A stretch of DNA of 64,000 bases from the human T2T-CHM13v2.0 reference genome, Homo sapiens, in the NCBI RefSeq assembly GCF_009914755.1, contig NC_060935.1. One strand, given 5' to 3'. The position numbers and the translations under genes are program-made. Shown one piece after another: positions 1-11,785 of this stretch (positions are counted from its first letter, which is position 1; each line of letters opens with the position of its first letter). The notes beneath the pieces were generated by a model. That model worked only from the letters and a program-made list of their open reading frames with translations. It was not told where the DNA came from and ran no database searches.

Positions 1-69
1 CTGAACCCCTCTTAGCTCTTAGTGGGCTCTTCAACTAGAAACCAAATTGAAAACAGGTTAATTTTGCAA

Positions 70-901
70 AGCTCAATATCACTGTTAAATAGAGAAATGC
101 AAATCAAAACCACAACGAGATGCCACCTAACACCAGTCAGGATAGTTACTATTAACAAGTCAAAAAATAACAGATGCTGGCCAGGTTATGGAGAAAAAGG
201 AAGGTTATACACTATTGGTGGGAGGGTAAATTATTTCAGCCACTGTGGAAGACAGGGTGGCGATTCCTCAAAGACCTAAAGACAAAAATACCATTTGACC
301 CATCAATTCCATTACTGGGTATTGGCCCAGAGGAATACGAATCATTCTATTATAAAGACACATGCATGCATATGTTCATTGCAGCACTATTCACCATAGC
401 ACAGACATAGAATCAACCTAAATGCGTAGCAAAGATAGAGTGCATAAACAAAATATGGTACATATGCACCATAGAATACTATGCAGTCATAAAAAAGAAT
501 GAGATCATGGTCTTTACAGGGACATACATGCAGGTGGAGGTCATTCTTTTCAGCAAACTAAGACAGGAATAGAAAACCAGATACCACATGCTCTCACTTA
601 TAACTTGGAACTAAATGATGAGAATACATGGAGACATAGAGGGAAACAGCACACACTGCAGCCCTTGCAGGGTGAAGGTTGGGAAGAGGGAGAGGAGCAG
701 GAAAAACAACGAATGGGTTAATGCCTTGGTGATGAAATAATCTGTTAATGCCTAGGCTTAATGCCTGGGTGATGAAATAATCTGTTAATGCCTAGGCTTA
801 ACGCCTGGTTGATGAAATAATCTGTACAACCAGCCCCCATGAGGCAAGTGTACCTATGGAACAAACCTGCACTCATACCTTTGAAACCTACAATAAAAAA
901 A
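70..901 (+). mobile_element. 5'-truncated L1 (older L1PA/L1PB-type ORF2 end and 3' UTR)
   Basis: ORF2 C-terminal remnants (MQIKTT, PLWKT, FIAALFTIA), L1 3' UTR and an A-rich end. Confidence 0.9.
718..824. repeat. 40-bp tandem repeat (~2.7 copies) inside the L1 3' UTR
   Basis: ttaatgcctaggcttaatgcctgggtgatgaaataatctg at 745-784, a near-identical copy at 785-824, and a partial copy at 718-744. Confidence 0.9.
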
Positions 902-904
902 TTA

Positions 905-1375
905 ATGATTATACAAATTTTATAGTTTCTCATATACCTGGGGATCTTCACACGTCAGTGATGTCTGAAAAATAACCTAAACAAGATACTTTTATACTTT
1001 GTAGACAAAGAACAATCAATTTTAGAAGAATGACAGGACAAAGAAAATCTGGCTAAGAGAGTGAAGTTTTCTAGGGGAATCACTATGACATAGATGAGGT
1101 GGCTGTAAACCATGTGGAAGATAAGGATTTTTCATTAGGTATGTTTATTCAGGTCCCTTGTAGTCTCTAAGTTCAAGTCCATGGTCATAAGGGCCACATT
1201 CTAGCCCTGGGATGAGAGGATGCCTATCCCAGAGGAAACTTCATCACTGGCTGCATGCAGGAAGAGACAGATCAGTTCATCCTTTCTGAAACTGTAAGTT
1301 CTTCAATGTTTTTCACTCAAAATAATCAATATACCAATCTGGCATATTTTGGGGTGACATATCTTTCACTCCATT
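905..1375 (-). mobile_element. ERV1 LTR, MER34-like
   Basis: The reverse complement begins ...atatgtcaccccaaaatatgcc...gattattttgag, resembling the recalled MER34-group LTR 5' end. Confidence 0.55.
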
Positions 1376-1430
1376 AAAAGATGACAATAGCATATATTTA
1401 TATTAAAACATCGCATTTTCTAAAAACTTC

Positions 1431-1432
<2 letters not shown>

Positions 1433-1467
<35 letters not shown>
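1433..1467. repeat. (TG)n microsatellite
   Basis: Direct reading. Confidence 0.97.
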
Positions 1468-1468
<1 letters not shown>

Positions 1469-1683
1469 TCTTCTCTCTGTGCTCTGATTTCCCAAAGCAT
1501 TGGTAGGTTTGGCTCTATTCTCAGTTATATAGAAGGGAATATTTATCATTCAATACCTATTCCTGGTACATACACTTTGAGCTAATTACTGATGTGGGAG
1601 CTTGGAACATATCAGTGAAGAAAAAATGAAAAATCCCTGCTTTCCTGGAACTTTTGTTCTAGTAGGAAGAAACAAAAAACAAA

Positions 1684-1875
1684 TAGTAAAGTCTCACTTA
1701 ACATCATCAATAGGTTCTTGGAAAGTGTAACTTTAAGGAAACAATGTATAGTTTGTCCTCAAATAATGTCATTTTGTTCGACCATTGATGAAAAAAAATA
1801 GTTTCGTTGTATATCTTTTCACTTAAAGTCACAATTTCCAAAAACCTACTGAGGATGTTAAGTGAGGATGTACTA
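1684..1875. mobile_element. MER82-like Tigger MITE (internally deleted) within an L2 remnant
   Basis: Long imperfect terminal inverted repeats: ctcacttaacatcatcaataggttcttggaaa ... tttccaaaaacctactgaggatgttaagtgag. Confidence 0.75.
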
Positions 1876-2439
1876 TAATATAAATGCAATATGTAAAGAT
1901 TAAAAATATGTTTTAACCATGTTAAGTACTTTAAACAATAAAGTTTGGCAGTAAGGGAACTCTCAGATTATAATAGTGTGTTCACAGAAGGCTTATCTAA
2001 AAACTTTACATTTGACCAAAACCTAAGGAAAAGAATTCCAAGCAGAGGAGACACTAGTCAGAATAGGTGGAGAAGACAGCAGGGAAAAGAACTAAAGAAT
2101 AAGACAGAGATTTAACAGGGACTATATCATTTATCCAATTCAATGTTTGCTTTGTAAATATTTCTGTTTTAACTATAAATAAGTCAGGACAACCTGAAAG
2201 CTAGACCTTCATATTTTTCAATATGGTCCCAGTGTGCAGTATTGAAGAAAAGGATAATGTAAGGCAAATAGTAGTCACTCAATCAGTATTTGATAACAAT
2301 TATCTTAAAATTACACATATTCTTATAATTATAGAAATATATGGGAGTTATCAGAGGGCTGAGGAAGATGACTTTTAAATATAAATTTTTTTATATGCAG
2401 TGCTCCTAATGCTCTTATAATTTTTTGCAGGTTTTGTAG

Positions 2440-2620
2440 TATATTGCAATTACATCAGATAATTGTGATTAATTTTAATTGTCTTTTTGTGACCTCAGGA
2501 GACTGGGACAATAGGTAGTCTCTAGGGTTCATGTCTCCTAGGTGTAACTGTAGATATAAGAATGCATGTATCACTCTCAGCCTGGAAACATCCTACCTTT
2601 GCCATCAATAGGTTTGCATT
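2440..2620 (+). promoter_or_regulatory. Orphan OR5D-type putative promoter / first non-coding exon
   Basis: Homologous to blocks ~2.6 kb upstream of both OR5D18 and OR5D16. Has TAATT HD-like sites, O/E-like CCTCAGGAGA and TCTCTAGGGT, TATA-like GATATAAG, and donor-like AG|GTTTGC (GT 2612-2613). Confidence 0.5.
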
Positions 2621-4465
2621 GAGATTCTAAAGACAGATTGATATTAATTTCAATCCATAAAAAAATCTAGGAGGAGCAAAATGCACCCTTAGAACTAAAC
2701 AGTTCTTGAAAACTATGCGTGAATATGCAAGAAACAGGAAGTACTCTCTTTCCACACAACTTTGTATCAGAAGGCCTGGCTCCTGAACAACAGCCTCATG
2801 TAAAACTGGTACCTGGGATGGGGAAATAGAAGAACTTTGAGAATATTAGGAATGTGTATTTCCTTGCTTCTGTTAAGTTTTGGAGGAAATTTCAAGACAG
2901 AATAGACAAGTAGTTATGTAAATTGAAATAAATAGAAATGAAACAGACTCTCTAGTGAAAAAAACAAGGGAAGGGATCTGCTTTAATTAAGATTGTATAA
3001 CAGGAAATGCATGTCACCCCTAAGAGCAAAAATAACAGCTAAATTTGAAGGGGTGGGGGGGATTGACAGAAAAGGAGATTTCATCTGCCATATTTCCTGG
3101 AATCAAATATCTAAACTTTTAATAACTATTCAATACTTGCATTTGTGACACAAAACTCATTATGTAAAATATAACATTAGTTTAAAATAAAATTTTAAAT
3201 GCTTTAGAGGAGTGAAATGCAGTATTGGGAAAAATGTCCTAATTAGATTTTCTGGGTTTGTGATGGACTGTCTTTTGAGATTGTCTTTAATACTCAAATT
3301 CACTAGTATAGGAAAAGAGGGCCATTGAGTAACTTGGTCTTGCATGTAACTGGAAATCTTTCTTGATGGGCCGTCTAAAACTTTCTTGGGTGTTGTGAAT
3401 AGAGATAATGTCTTTGATGATAGAGAAAGCAAATACAGATATGACAGGATCTGAGAGGTGTTGGACACTAATTAGAGAAATTTAATGATTTCCTTTCCTA
3501 TTCCTTTCCTTTCCCATTAATGTTTCCTGTTTTCTCATTAAGGGTCTTGATGTTGCAGTAGTACCTCTAGTTTTTAGTCCTTCTCCTTCATAGGTAATAG
3601 AAGGACAAAATTAAAATCCAGTGTGTCTTGAAGGGAGTGAAGAGAAATAGAGATGGAGATAGGGAAAGACAGAGAGGATCTTGAAGAGAAGAGAAATTTG
3701 CAAGTCATAGTCTTCCTATAGTTATTCCTCGGTGAGAAGATTTTCCTCAATCCCATTCTCATGTGTTTTATCTTGATGCTGCTTTCTAGTGTATCTTTGT
3801 GGCAATTAACTATTGTTGGGCTCTTTCTCACACATGTAGAGTCTCTAGACTGCTTATTAATGGAAATATAGTTATTAATGAAGGGAATATGTTAGTATCT
3901 ACATCTGGATCATGGGGCAGATTTGGGGGCAGGTAAAGGGATACATGGCTAGGAGTCTGAGGATCAGAGCTCTAGTCATGCATAGGTAGATTGGTCTTTA
4001 TACATGTATCAATGGAAAGGTCAAAGTTTCTCTTTTTTCTCCTTTGTCACCTCCAGAATAAAGAATAAACTAGATTATCTGTATAATCTGTTCTAATTTG
4101 ATTATTTCTCAGGCAATGAGGAAAGATTGCTAATTAGCACACCCTGAGTTAAGGAGCATACACTCTAAAAAATTAATTAAGACGTATTTCTAAGTTATTT
4201 TTACAAGGTTGGACAAAGAGTAAAGCGCTATATGGAATTAACAATAAAGGCACAAATGTTAAGTGTTAGGGCTATTAATAGTTAATGTCACTGGGAACAT
4301 ATGATGTAAAAACTAATTTATTTTGAAAATTCTGATTTGTATTACTGATTACAGGATTTACATAATCAGCCATCATATTATACCAGGATTATCTTTTATG
4401 AATTTTCAATATTCAAGGAAGGCCTAAGGTATTATGTAAATTTCTATTTAAAATAATCACACATA

Positions 4466-4756
<291 letters not shown>

Positions 4757-5506
4757 CACATAATTTAACCTCATCTTCTTATATTTGTAAATATTAAAAA
4801 TTACAGTTAATAACAATATATTATTCAATAATTATATTTTTCTCAAGAAAATTTTAAAAGATTACAATTTTCTACAACTTTAGATATTTAGTAAATCTTG
4901 AACAATAAACACACAGATTCTAGAAGAGATATTTTCCTTCATGCTTCTCAAATTATGGGAAGGCTACCACAAAGACTTCCCCAAATTTAATTATGTAATA
5001 ATTGATTATCTTCTATTATTTCACATTGAAGTAACTTATTTAAAATAATAAAATTTATTTTAAATTTAAAATTGTTGATTGAATTAAAACTAGGTAATGC
5101 AATATTTTATTCATATGGCATTATCTTATGTGGTTTAAGTACATGTCATCAAAAGTGTAGTGCTTCACACTTATATTATTCGATTTATGGATAGTGACCT
5201 TGACATTTTTTCCAACTATTTTAAATTTAAATCAACTTTTAAAGACTCCTCCTATCTCTTTAAGCATAAGGTAAATAGGTAAGTAAAACAGCTTTCTTGT
5301 GGGTTGTCTATATGACATAAGGCAATACTGCCAATTATGTTTTCTATAGATGCATTTTCAGCTTTTCTATCATGACTCTCTTCCTCAAGAGAGACGCATT
5401 TTGTGATAATAATTTAGCAATACACTAAGAACAAAATGAATAGATATTTAACAAAGGTTTTCATTATTCTATTATATATCTGAGTGTATATAGTATACTA
5501 TATATG

Positions 5507-7793
5507 TGTATTAGTTCATTTTCATGATGCAAATACAGATATACCAGAGACTGGGCAATTCAAAAAAGAAAGAGATTTAATGGACTTACAGTTCTACATG
5601 CCTGGGGAGGCCTCACAATCATGGTGGAAGGCAAGGAGGAGCAAGTCACACCTTACATAGATGGCAGCAGGCAGAAGGGAGCTTGTGTAGGGAAATTCTC
5701 CCTCCTAGAACCATCAGATCTCGTAAGACTTATTCACTATCTCCAGAACACCATGGGAAAGACCAGCCCCCATGATTCAGTAATCTCCCACCTGGTCCCT
5801 CCCACAACATGTGTGACTACAAGATGAAATTTGGGTAGAGACACAGCCAAACCATATCGTTTTGCCTCTGGCCCCTCCCAAATCTCATGTCCTCAAATTT
5901 AAAAATCAATCATGCCTTCCCAACCATCCCCCAAAGTCTTAACTCATTTAAGCATTAACTTGAAAGTCCACAGTCCAAAGTCTCATGTAAGACAAGGCAA
6001 GTCCCTTCTGCCTATAAGCCTGTAAAATCAAAAGCAAGTTAAGTACTTCCTAGATACAATGGGGGTGCAGGCATTGGGCAAAGACAGCCGTTCCAAATGG
6101 AAGAAATTGGGCAAAAAAAAGGGGGCTACAGGCCCCAGGAACATCCAGAATCCAGCAGGGCAGTGAAATCTTAGAGTTCCAAAATCATCTCCTTTGATTC
6201 CATGTCTCACATCCAGGTCACGCTGATGCAGGAGGTAGTTTCCCATGGTCTTGGGCAGCTCTGCCCCTGTGGCTTTGCAGGGTATAGCACCCCTCCTGGC
6301 TGCCTTCATGTGCTGTCACTGAGTGTCTGTGGCTTTTCCAGGAACACAGTGAAAACTGTTGGTGGATCTACCATTCTGGGGTCTGGAGGACAGTTGCCTT
6401 CTTCTTACAGCTCTACTAGGCAGTGCCTCAGTAGGGACTCTGTGTGAAGGCTCTGACTCCACATTTTCCTTCCCCACTGCCCTAGCAGTGGTTCTCCATG
6501 AGGGCACTGTCCCTACAGCAAACTTCTGCCTGCGCATTCAGGCAATTCCATACATCTTCTGAAATCTAAGTTGAGGTTCCCAAACCTCAATTCTTGACTT
6601 CTGTGTACCCACAGGCTCAACATCACTTGGACTCTGCCAAGGCTGGGGGCTTCCACCCTCTTAAGCAACAGCCCAAGCTGTACCTTGCCCCCTTTTAGTC
6701 ATGGCTGGAGCAAGCGGTATTCAGGGCACCAAGTCCTGAATGTATGCAGCAAGGGAATGTAGGCTTGGCCCACAAAATCATTTTTTCCTCCTTAACCTCC
6801 AGGCCTGTGATGGGAGGGGCTGCTGCAAAGTTCTCTGACATGCCCTGGAGACATTTTCTCTATTATCTTGGTGATTAGCATTCAGTTCCTCTTTACTTAT
6901 GCAAATTTCTGCAGTTGGCTTGAATTTCTCCTCAGAAAAATGGGATTTTCTTTTCTATTCCATTGTCAAGCTGCAAATTTTCCAAAATTTTATGCTGTTT
7001 CCCTTTTAAAACTGAATGCCTTTAACAGCACCCAAGTCAGCTCTTGAATGCTTTGATGCTTAGAAATTTCTTCTGCTGGATACCCTAAATCATCTTTCTC
7101 AAGTTCAAATTGCCACAGATCTCTAAGGCATGGGCAAAATGCCACCAGTCTCTTTGCTAAAACATAACAACAGTCACATTTGCTCCAGTTTTCAACAAAT
7201 TTCTCATCTCCATCTGAGACCACCTCAGCCTGGATTTCATTGTCCATATCATTATCAGCATTTTGGTCAAAGCCATTCAACAAGTCTCTAGGGAGTTCCA
7301 AATTTTCTCACACTTTCCTGTCTTCTTCTGAACCCTCAAAACTGTTCCAATCTCTGACTGTTACCCAGTTCCAAAGTTGCTTCCACATTTTTGGGTATCT
7401 TTTCAGCAGCGATGCCCTCTACTGTTACTGATTTACTGTATTAGTTTGTTTTCACAATGCTAATGAAGACATACCCAAGACTGGACAATTTACAAATGAA
7501 AGAGGTTTAATGGACTTACAGTTAGTCCACATGCCTGCGGAAGCCTCACAATCATGGTGGAAGGCAAGGAGGAGCAAGTCATATCTTACATGGATGGTGG
7601 CAAGCAAAAACAGAGCTTGTGCAGGGAAACTCCCCCTATTAGAACCATCAGATCTAACGAGACTTATTTGCTATCATGAAAACAGCACTGGAAAGACCTG
7701 CCACCATGATTCAATGACCTCCCACTGGGTCCCTTCCACAACACGTGGGAATGCAAGATGAGATTTGGATGGAGACACAGCCAAACCATATCA
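5507..7793 (-). mobile_element. Full-length THE1 (MaLR) element: LTRs 5507-5859 and 7437-7793 with internal region
   Basis: TG...CA termini, two ~355-bp LTRs and THE1-int sequence. Perfect 5-bp TSD ATATG at 5502-5506 and 7794-7798. Confidence 0.93.
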
Positions 7794-7837
7794 ATATGTA
7801 TATATTATGCATATAGTCATACTCAATAGCCACCAGC

Positions 7838-8134
7838 TTTTTTTTTTTTTTTGAGACAGGATCTCTCTTGCCACCCAGCCTGGAGTGCAGTGGTGCAAAC
7901 ACAGCACACTGAAGCCTGGAACTCCTGTGCTCAAGTGATCCCCTCATCTCATCCTCCCAAGTAGCTGGGACTACAGGTGCATGCTACAAAACCTGGTTAA
8001 TTTTTTAATTTTTTGGTAGGGAAAGTGTTTCACCATGTTTCCCAGGCTTGTCTTGAACTCCTAAGATCAAGCAATCTGCTCACCTTGGTCTCCCAATGTT
8101 CTGGAATTAGGGTCAGTAGTCATCATGCCTGGCC
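7838..8134 (-). mobile_element. AluJ-like element shared by both duplication copies
   Basis: Diverged Alu with poly(T). It has the same flank as the Alu ending at 23863. Confidence 0.88.
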
Positions 8135-8734
8135 AAGGTTATACTGGCTAGAATACATGTCAACTGCCTTTCTTTGCCATGAAAAAAAATATACAAACAC
8201 CAAAGAGAAACAAGTCATACCATGGGTTTGAAGTGTTCTGATTGCAGGCAACTTCAGGCCTCATGGATAGCAGCATTTCAAGTTTAGGCTTTGCATATTT
8301 GCTTTTGTTTTTCTCATCAGAGTGATTCACGTGGAAAGATGTGTACGGATTAGAGAAATCCCTTGCTTTTAAAGAGTGAGAGAAAAGTGGTTGTGAGAAT
8401 GCTAGGTACAAAAGGAGACCCAGATAGTCTCCTCCAATTCAGAGAATTCCCAGATCAATTTTGGAAAACACATATAGATTGTAACTCATTACATCCATGG
8501 AATTATTCAAATGTTTGGTTTATCTAGGGTCACACAGACTGAGATTTGAACACTTTGTTCAGGTTGACCTTCCTATATCTAGTCAAGAAGGAGGCAGAGC
8601 TTGAGGAGGTCCTTGAGAAATTCCCATTTAATGACCACCAGCATTGAAGAAGGAGTCACCCACACCAGTACCATTCTGGAGCTCTGCTCATCCTTATAGA
8701 TACACAGATGGCACAAACAAAAAGCTACACTTGG

Positions 8735-8930
8735 CTGCTCTCTACCAGGGAATCTGTGTGTGACTGTGGGCAAGTTACAACTGCTGTGCCTCCATAACCT
8801 TATTTTTAAAGGAGAAATAACAACAGTACTGATGTCAACCATTTTTATGAAGAAAAACATGTGTTCACAGTTAGATATAGAATAGTACCTGGCACAGGCG
8901 AAGTACTCAGTAAATGTAACCAATTATTAT
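8735..8930 (+). mobile_element. MIR (paralogue ~24480-24670)
   Basis: MIR core tgtgactgtgggcaagttac and 3' end cctggcaca...ctcagtaaatg. Confidence 0.75.
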
Positions 8931-9219
8931 TCTTAGTAAAATAGATTCATTATCCCCACCCCTTTCTGGTATTTGGAGGATCTCTGGTGTGGTTTCAGAC
9001 TCTATGCTCTGTAGGAAGGAGTTTTTGAGTATAATAAGACAAACGAAGTTTATAAGACCTATTCATATATTTCATAATGACAGTGTGAGTATTGGCTCAC
9101 AGAGGCAATACTTGGATGTGGCATACAGTGTTCTGCATTTCATCATGAACTCTGAATGTAATTGTATTAGATTACAATAATTTGTACCAAGTTGGATTTT
9201 TTCTCACCCCTTTTATATT

Positions 9220-9530
9220 CCATAATGGTCAGTAATTGTTGGAGTCCCAAGATATGATGGTTTCCTTGATATTTTGTTGATATCCCACAGAGATCAGTGA
9301 TTGTTTTGGGAAGCTTATGAAACATGGCCCCAGGGACACACACACACACACAAACACACACACAAATATAAAACAGCATTTTCCATCATAGCATCTTCAG
9401 AAATAGGAGAAGCAATGGCCCTCCAATAGGTTGGTTAGTTGAACTACATTGTGTATTTTTTAGAATGAACATAAATTATATGTTCTGGGAGCTGGAAGCT
9501 TGACTTTTGTTCCTCATGGAGGTAATTTAT
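9220..9530 (+). promoter_or_regulatory. Putative OR5L1 promoter region (paralogous region ~24960-25290 for OR5L2)
   Basis: Locally well-conserved unique sequence between copies, ~2.4 kb upstream of the ATG. Has TAATTG, TCCCACAGAGA and O/E-like GCCCCAGGGA (9327-9336 and 25067-25076). Confidence 0.35.
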
Positions 9531-10031
9531 TATAGTCATGCATTGCTGAAGGAGGAATTCTAAAGGAAGGAAATAGTATTATAAAATGTTTAAAATCTGT
9601 GTTTTATCCCTCTCTTAATCAGATAATGTTTTTTCAAATGCCATGGTTTGAGCACTGCTTGATGGCAGTATTTTTCTCATTGTGTATTAAGGGACAATTT
9701 GGTGGGAAGTGGAAACTATTTAATCTGCAATACCAAATATCTTACAACAGCTATTAATGTGAGATGAAAAGCAGTCTGAACAAATTGGGATGAACACTTG
9801 TTTTCTCTATCCTTCCCTCTTTCCCCTCTATCACACTAACTCTGTCCAGACAACCTAGTAAAGACTGCATGGAGATTATCTCCAAAGTCACCTTGATGCT
9901 GAGGGTGGTAGCAAGAGGCAATAGGAACAGGACTGTTCATGGAGGGACATGAACATGAGAACCACCTCTGAAGCAGAAAGAAGAGGAATTACTTTTTCTT
10001 TTTGAAAAGCATGTTGAAATGCCTCTCTATG

Positions 10032-10261
10032 GCAGGTTTCTCAACTAAGGCATCATTGAATTGTTGGTCCAGATAACGTTTTGTTGTATGTGCTGCAGGC
10101 AGGGACCTTCATGTACTTTGTAGAAGGCATTGTAGATTGTTCAACAACATCCCCACTACATGTCAATAGCACCCCCTTCCTCTTGTAACAACCAAAAATG
10201 TCCCCAGACATTGACAAATATGCCATTGGGATCAAAGTCACTTTTGACAAAGAATCACCGC
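10032..10261 (-). mobile_element. MER20 hAT DNA transposon (paralogue ~25789-26020)
   Basis: caggtttctcaac...acaaccaaaaatgtccccagacattgacaaat matches the recalled MER20 sequence. Confidence 0.8.
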
Positions 10262-11669
10262 TCTATGTGCAATTAACAGCTTGATTTTTTTTTTCTTTAG
10301 ATTTGAAAGCAGGAAAGGGCTTTCAAAAGTGTGTATTAGTTTGAACTCAGGGGAAGATACACAACTCACCTCTCCTGGTCATTTTAAGAGAAAACACCAT
10401 ATTATCAAAACAATTTTTTTAAATTTTCAACCTGGCATTTAGCAATATGCATGCTGCATATCTTTGAAATCAGTTGAAGAATGGGAAAAATGTCTGGTTG
10501 TGTTGGTCTCTAGTCCAGATTTTTTTCTTGCAGGAGTGCTTGACTGGTGCTTCTACAATGATGTATGAACGTATCAAGGGTCAGGAAGAGAAAGAATGAC
10601 AAGATTCTCACCCTCACTTTACGTTTGCTGTGTGTCAAAGGTCTAAAAAGTATGTGTCCCTAATTTTAAAAATTCCAACGTCTTTCCCCATTTCACTCAC
10701 TAATAATGATGTTTTGGGAGAAGTAAGACAAGTTAACAGATTTTTTAAAATAAATATTTATGTTCATGGATGTTGTAAGGATTAAATATACGATTGTGTG
10801 TGGCATAAATATATGTATTTATATTATACATTATTATATACTATTTTTTCTCTACATTCTGGCTGTTTTTAAGTATTTTATCCCTTTTCACAGTCATTTA
10901 TTGATATCATTAAGATGATTTAAAGTTATCCTTTATATGACTGCATGCTTTTATATTATATACACTACAAATGTGATCATCTTTCTCTTATTTGATATTT
11001 TATTTCTAAGTTTTAATATTACAAACAATACTGCAATGCAGCAGTGGGAAGTTTTCTTAGTAATTTCCCATGCACATCTTTGATCAGGTCTTCAAATAGA
11101 TTGAAAGCAGTAAATTTATTTAAGACATAATTTTTTAAGACTGTGGAGTCATACTTACAGTAAGTTGTCCCCAAGAGTACCAATTCCCTAAACCATGGCT
11201 GACATTGAAAAATGTAATTAACCAAATCACCATACTAATTTTACAGAGAAAATACTAATACAGATTATAAAATGAGTTTCTTCATCTAAAATATATCAAT
11301 AAAATGCAAACACTTGACTGCTAACATCTTAAGTGTATTTCTCATCACTGTAATGAAAAATTCAGAGAGAGGTGCCGTAGATTCTAAACATTATTTTCTA
11401 GGATCCCAATATTTGGAGTTGGCTAAGAAAATGGGATTTGAATTTGAAAGAGTAAGGAGGCTAATTAAATAGTAAGTTGACCTCATTCCCAATGATTCAG
11501 TGAAAAGCTGTCAATTCTCAAAGACTAATTAAAAGAACAATATAAATTCATATATACGTTAATATTTTTGTTTGATCTTTGAATTAAACTAAGTTTATGC
11601 ATTTGTGTTATACAAAGTTGAACTTTTTAAAATTTCACAAAAAGTTTTATTCTTTGCTGATAAGATAAA

Positions 11670-11700
11670 CTATCCTACTTTTTCTGGTGTCTTTTTACAG
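11670..11700 (+). promoter_or_regulatory. Likely splice acceptor of the OR5L1 coding exon (paralogous AG at 27440-27441)
   Basis: Polypyrimidine tract ...tttttctggtgtctttttacAG|g, conserved in both copies. Confidence 0.6.
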
Positions 11701-11785
11701 GATACAGCCAAAACTAAAATTTAGACTATATAATGGAGAATAATTTTTAAGTTTCTTTTCCTCCAATCTCATATAAATTGGAGAC

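Noticed and set aside
718-824. Regularly spaced repeats resembling a CRISPR array
   Set aside because: There are no unique spacers, the unit is L1-derived and the context is human.
5621-7761. Cluster of short ORFs
   Set aside because: All lie in THE1 LTR or internal sequence and are decayed MaLR remnants.
8300-8340. Possible micro-exon (acceptor-like ...ctcatcAG in copy A; donor GTAAGT at 24058 in copy B)
   Set aside because: Neither copy clearly has both signals and the implied exon would be only ~13 nt. Not supportable without RNA data.
9167-9379. Minus-strand ORF similar to 24906-25235
   Set aside because: The similarity comes from the segmental duplication, and the ORF includes a (TG)n translation. 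No coding signature.
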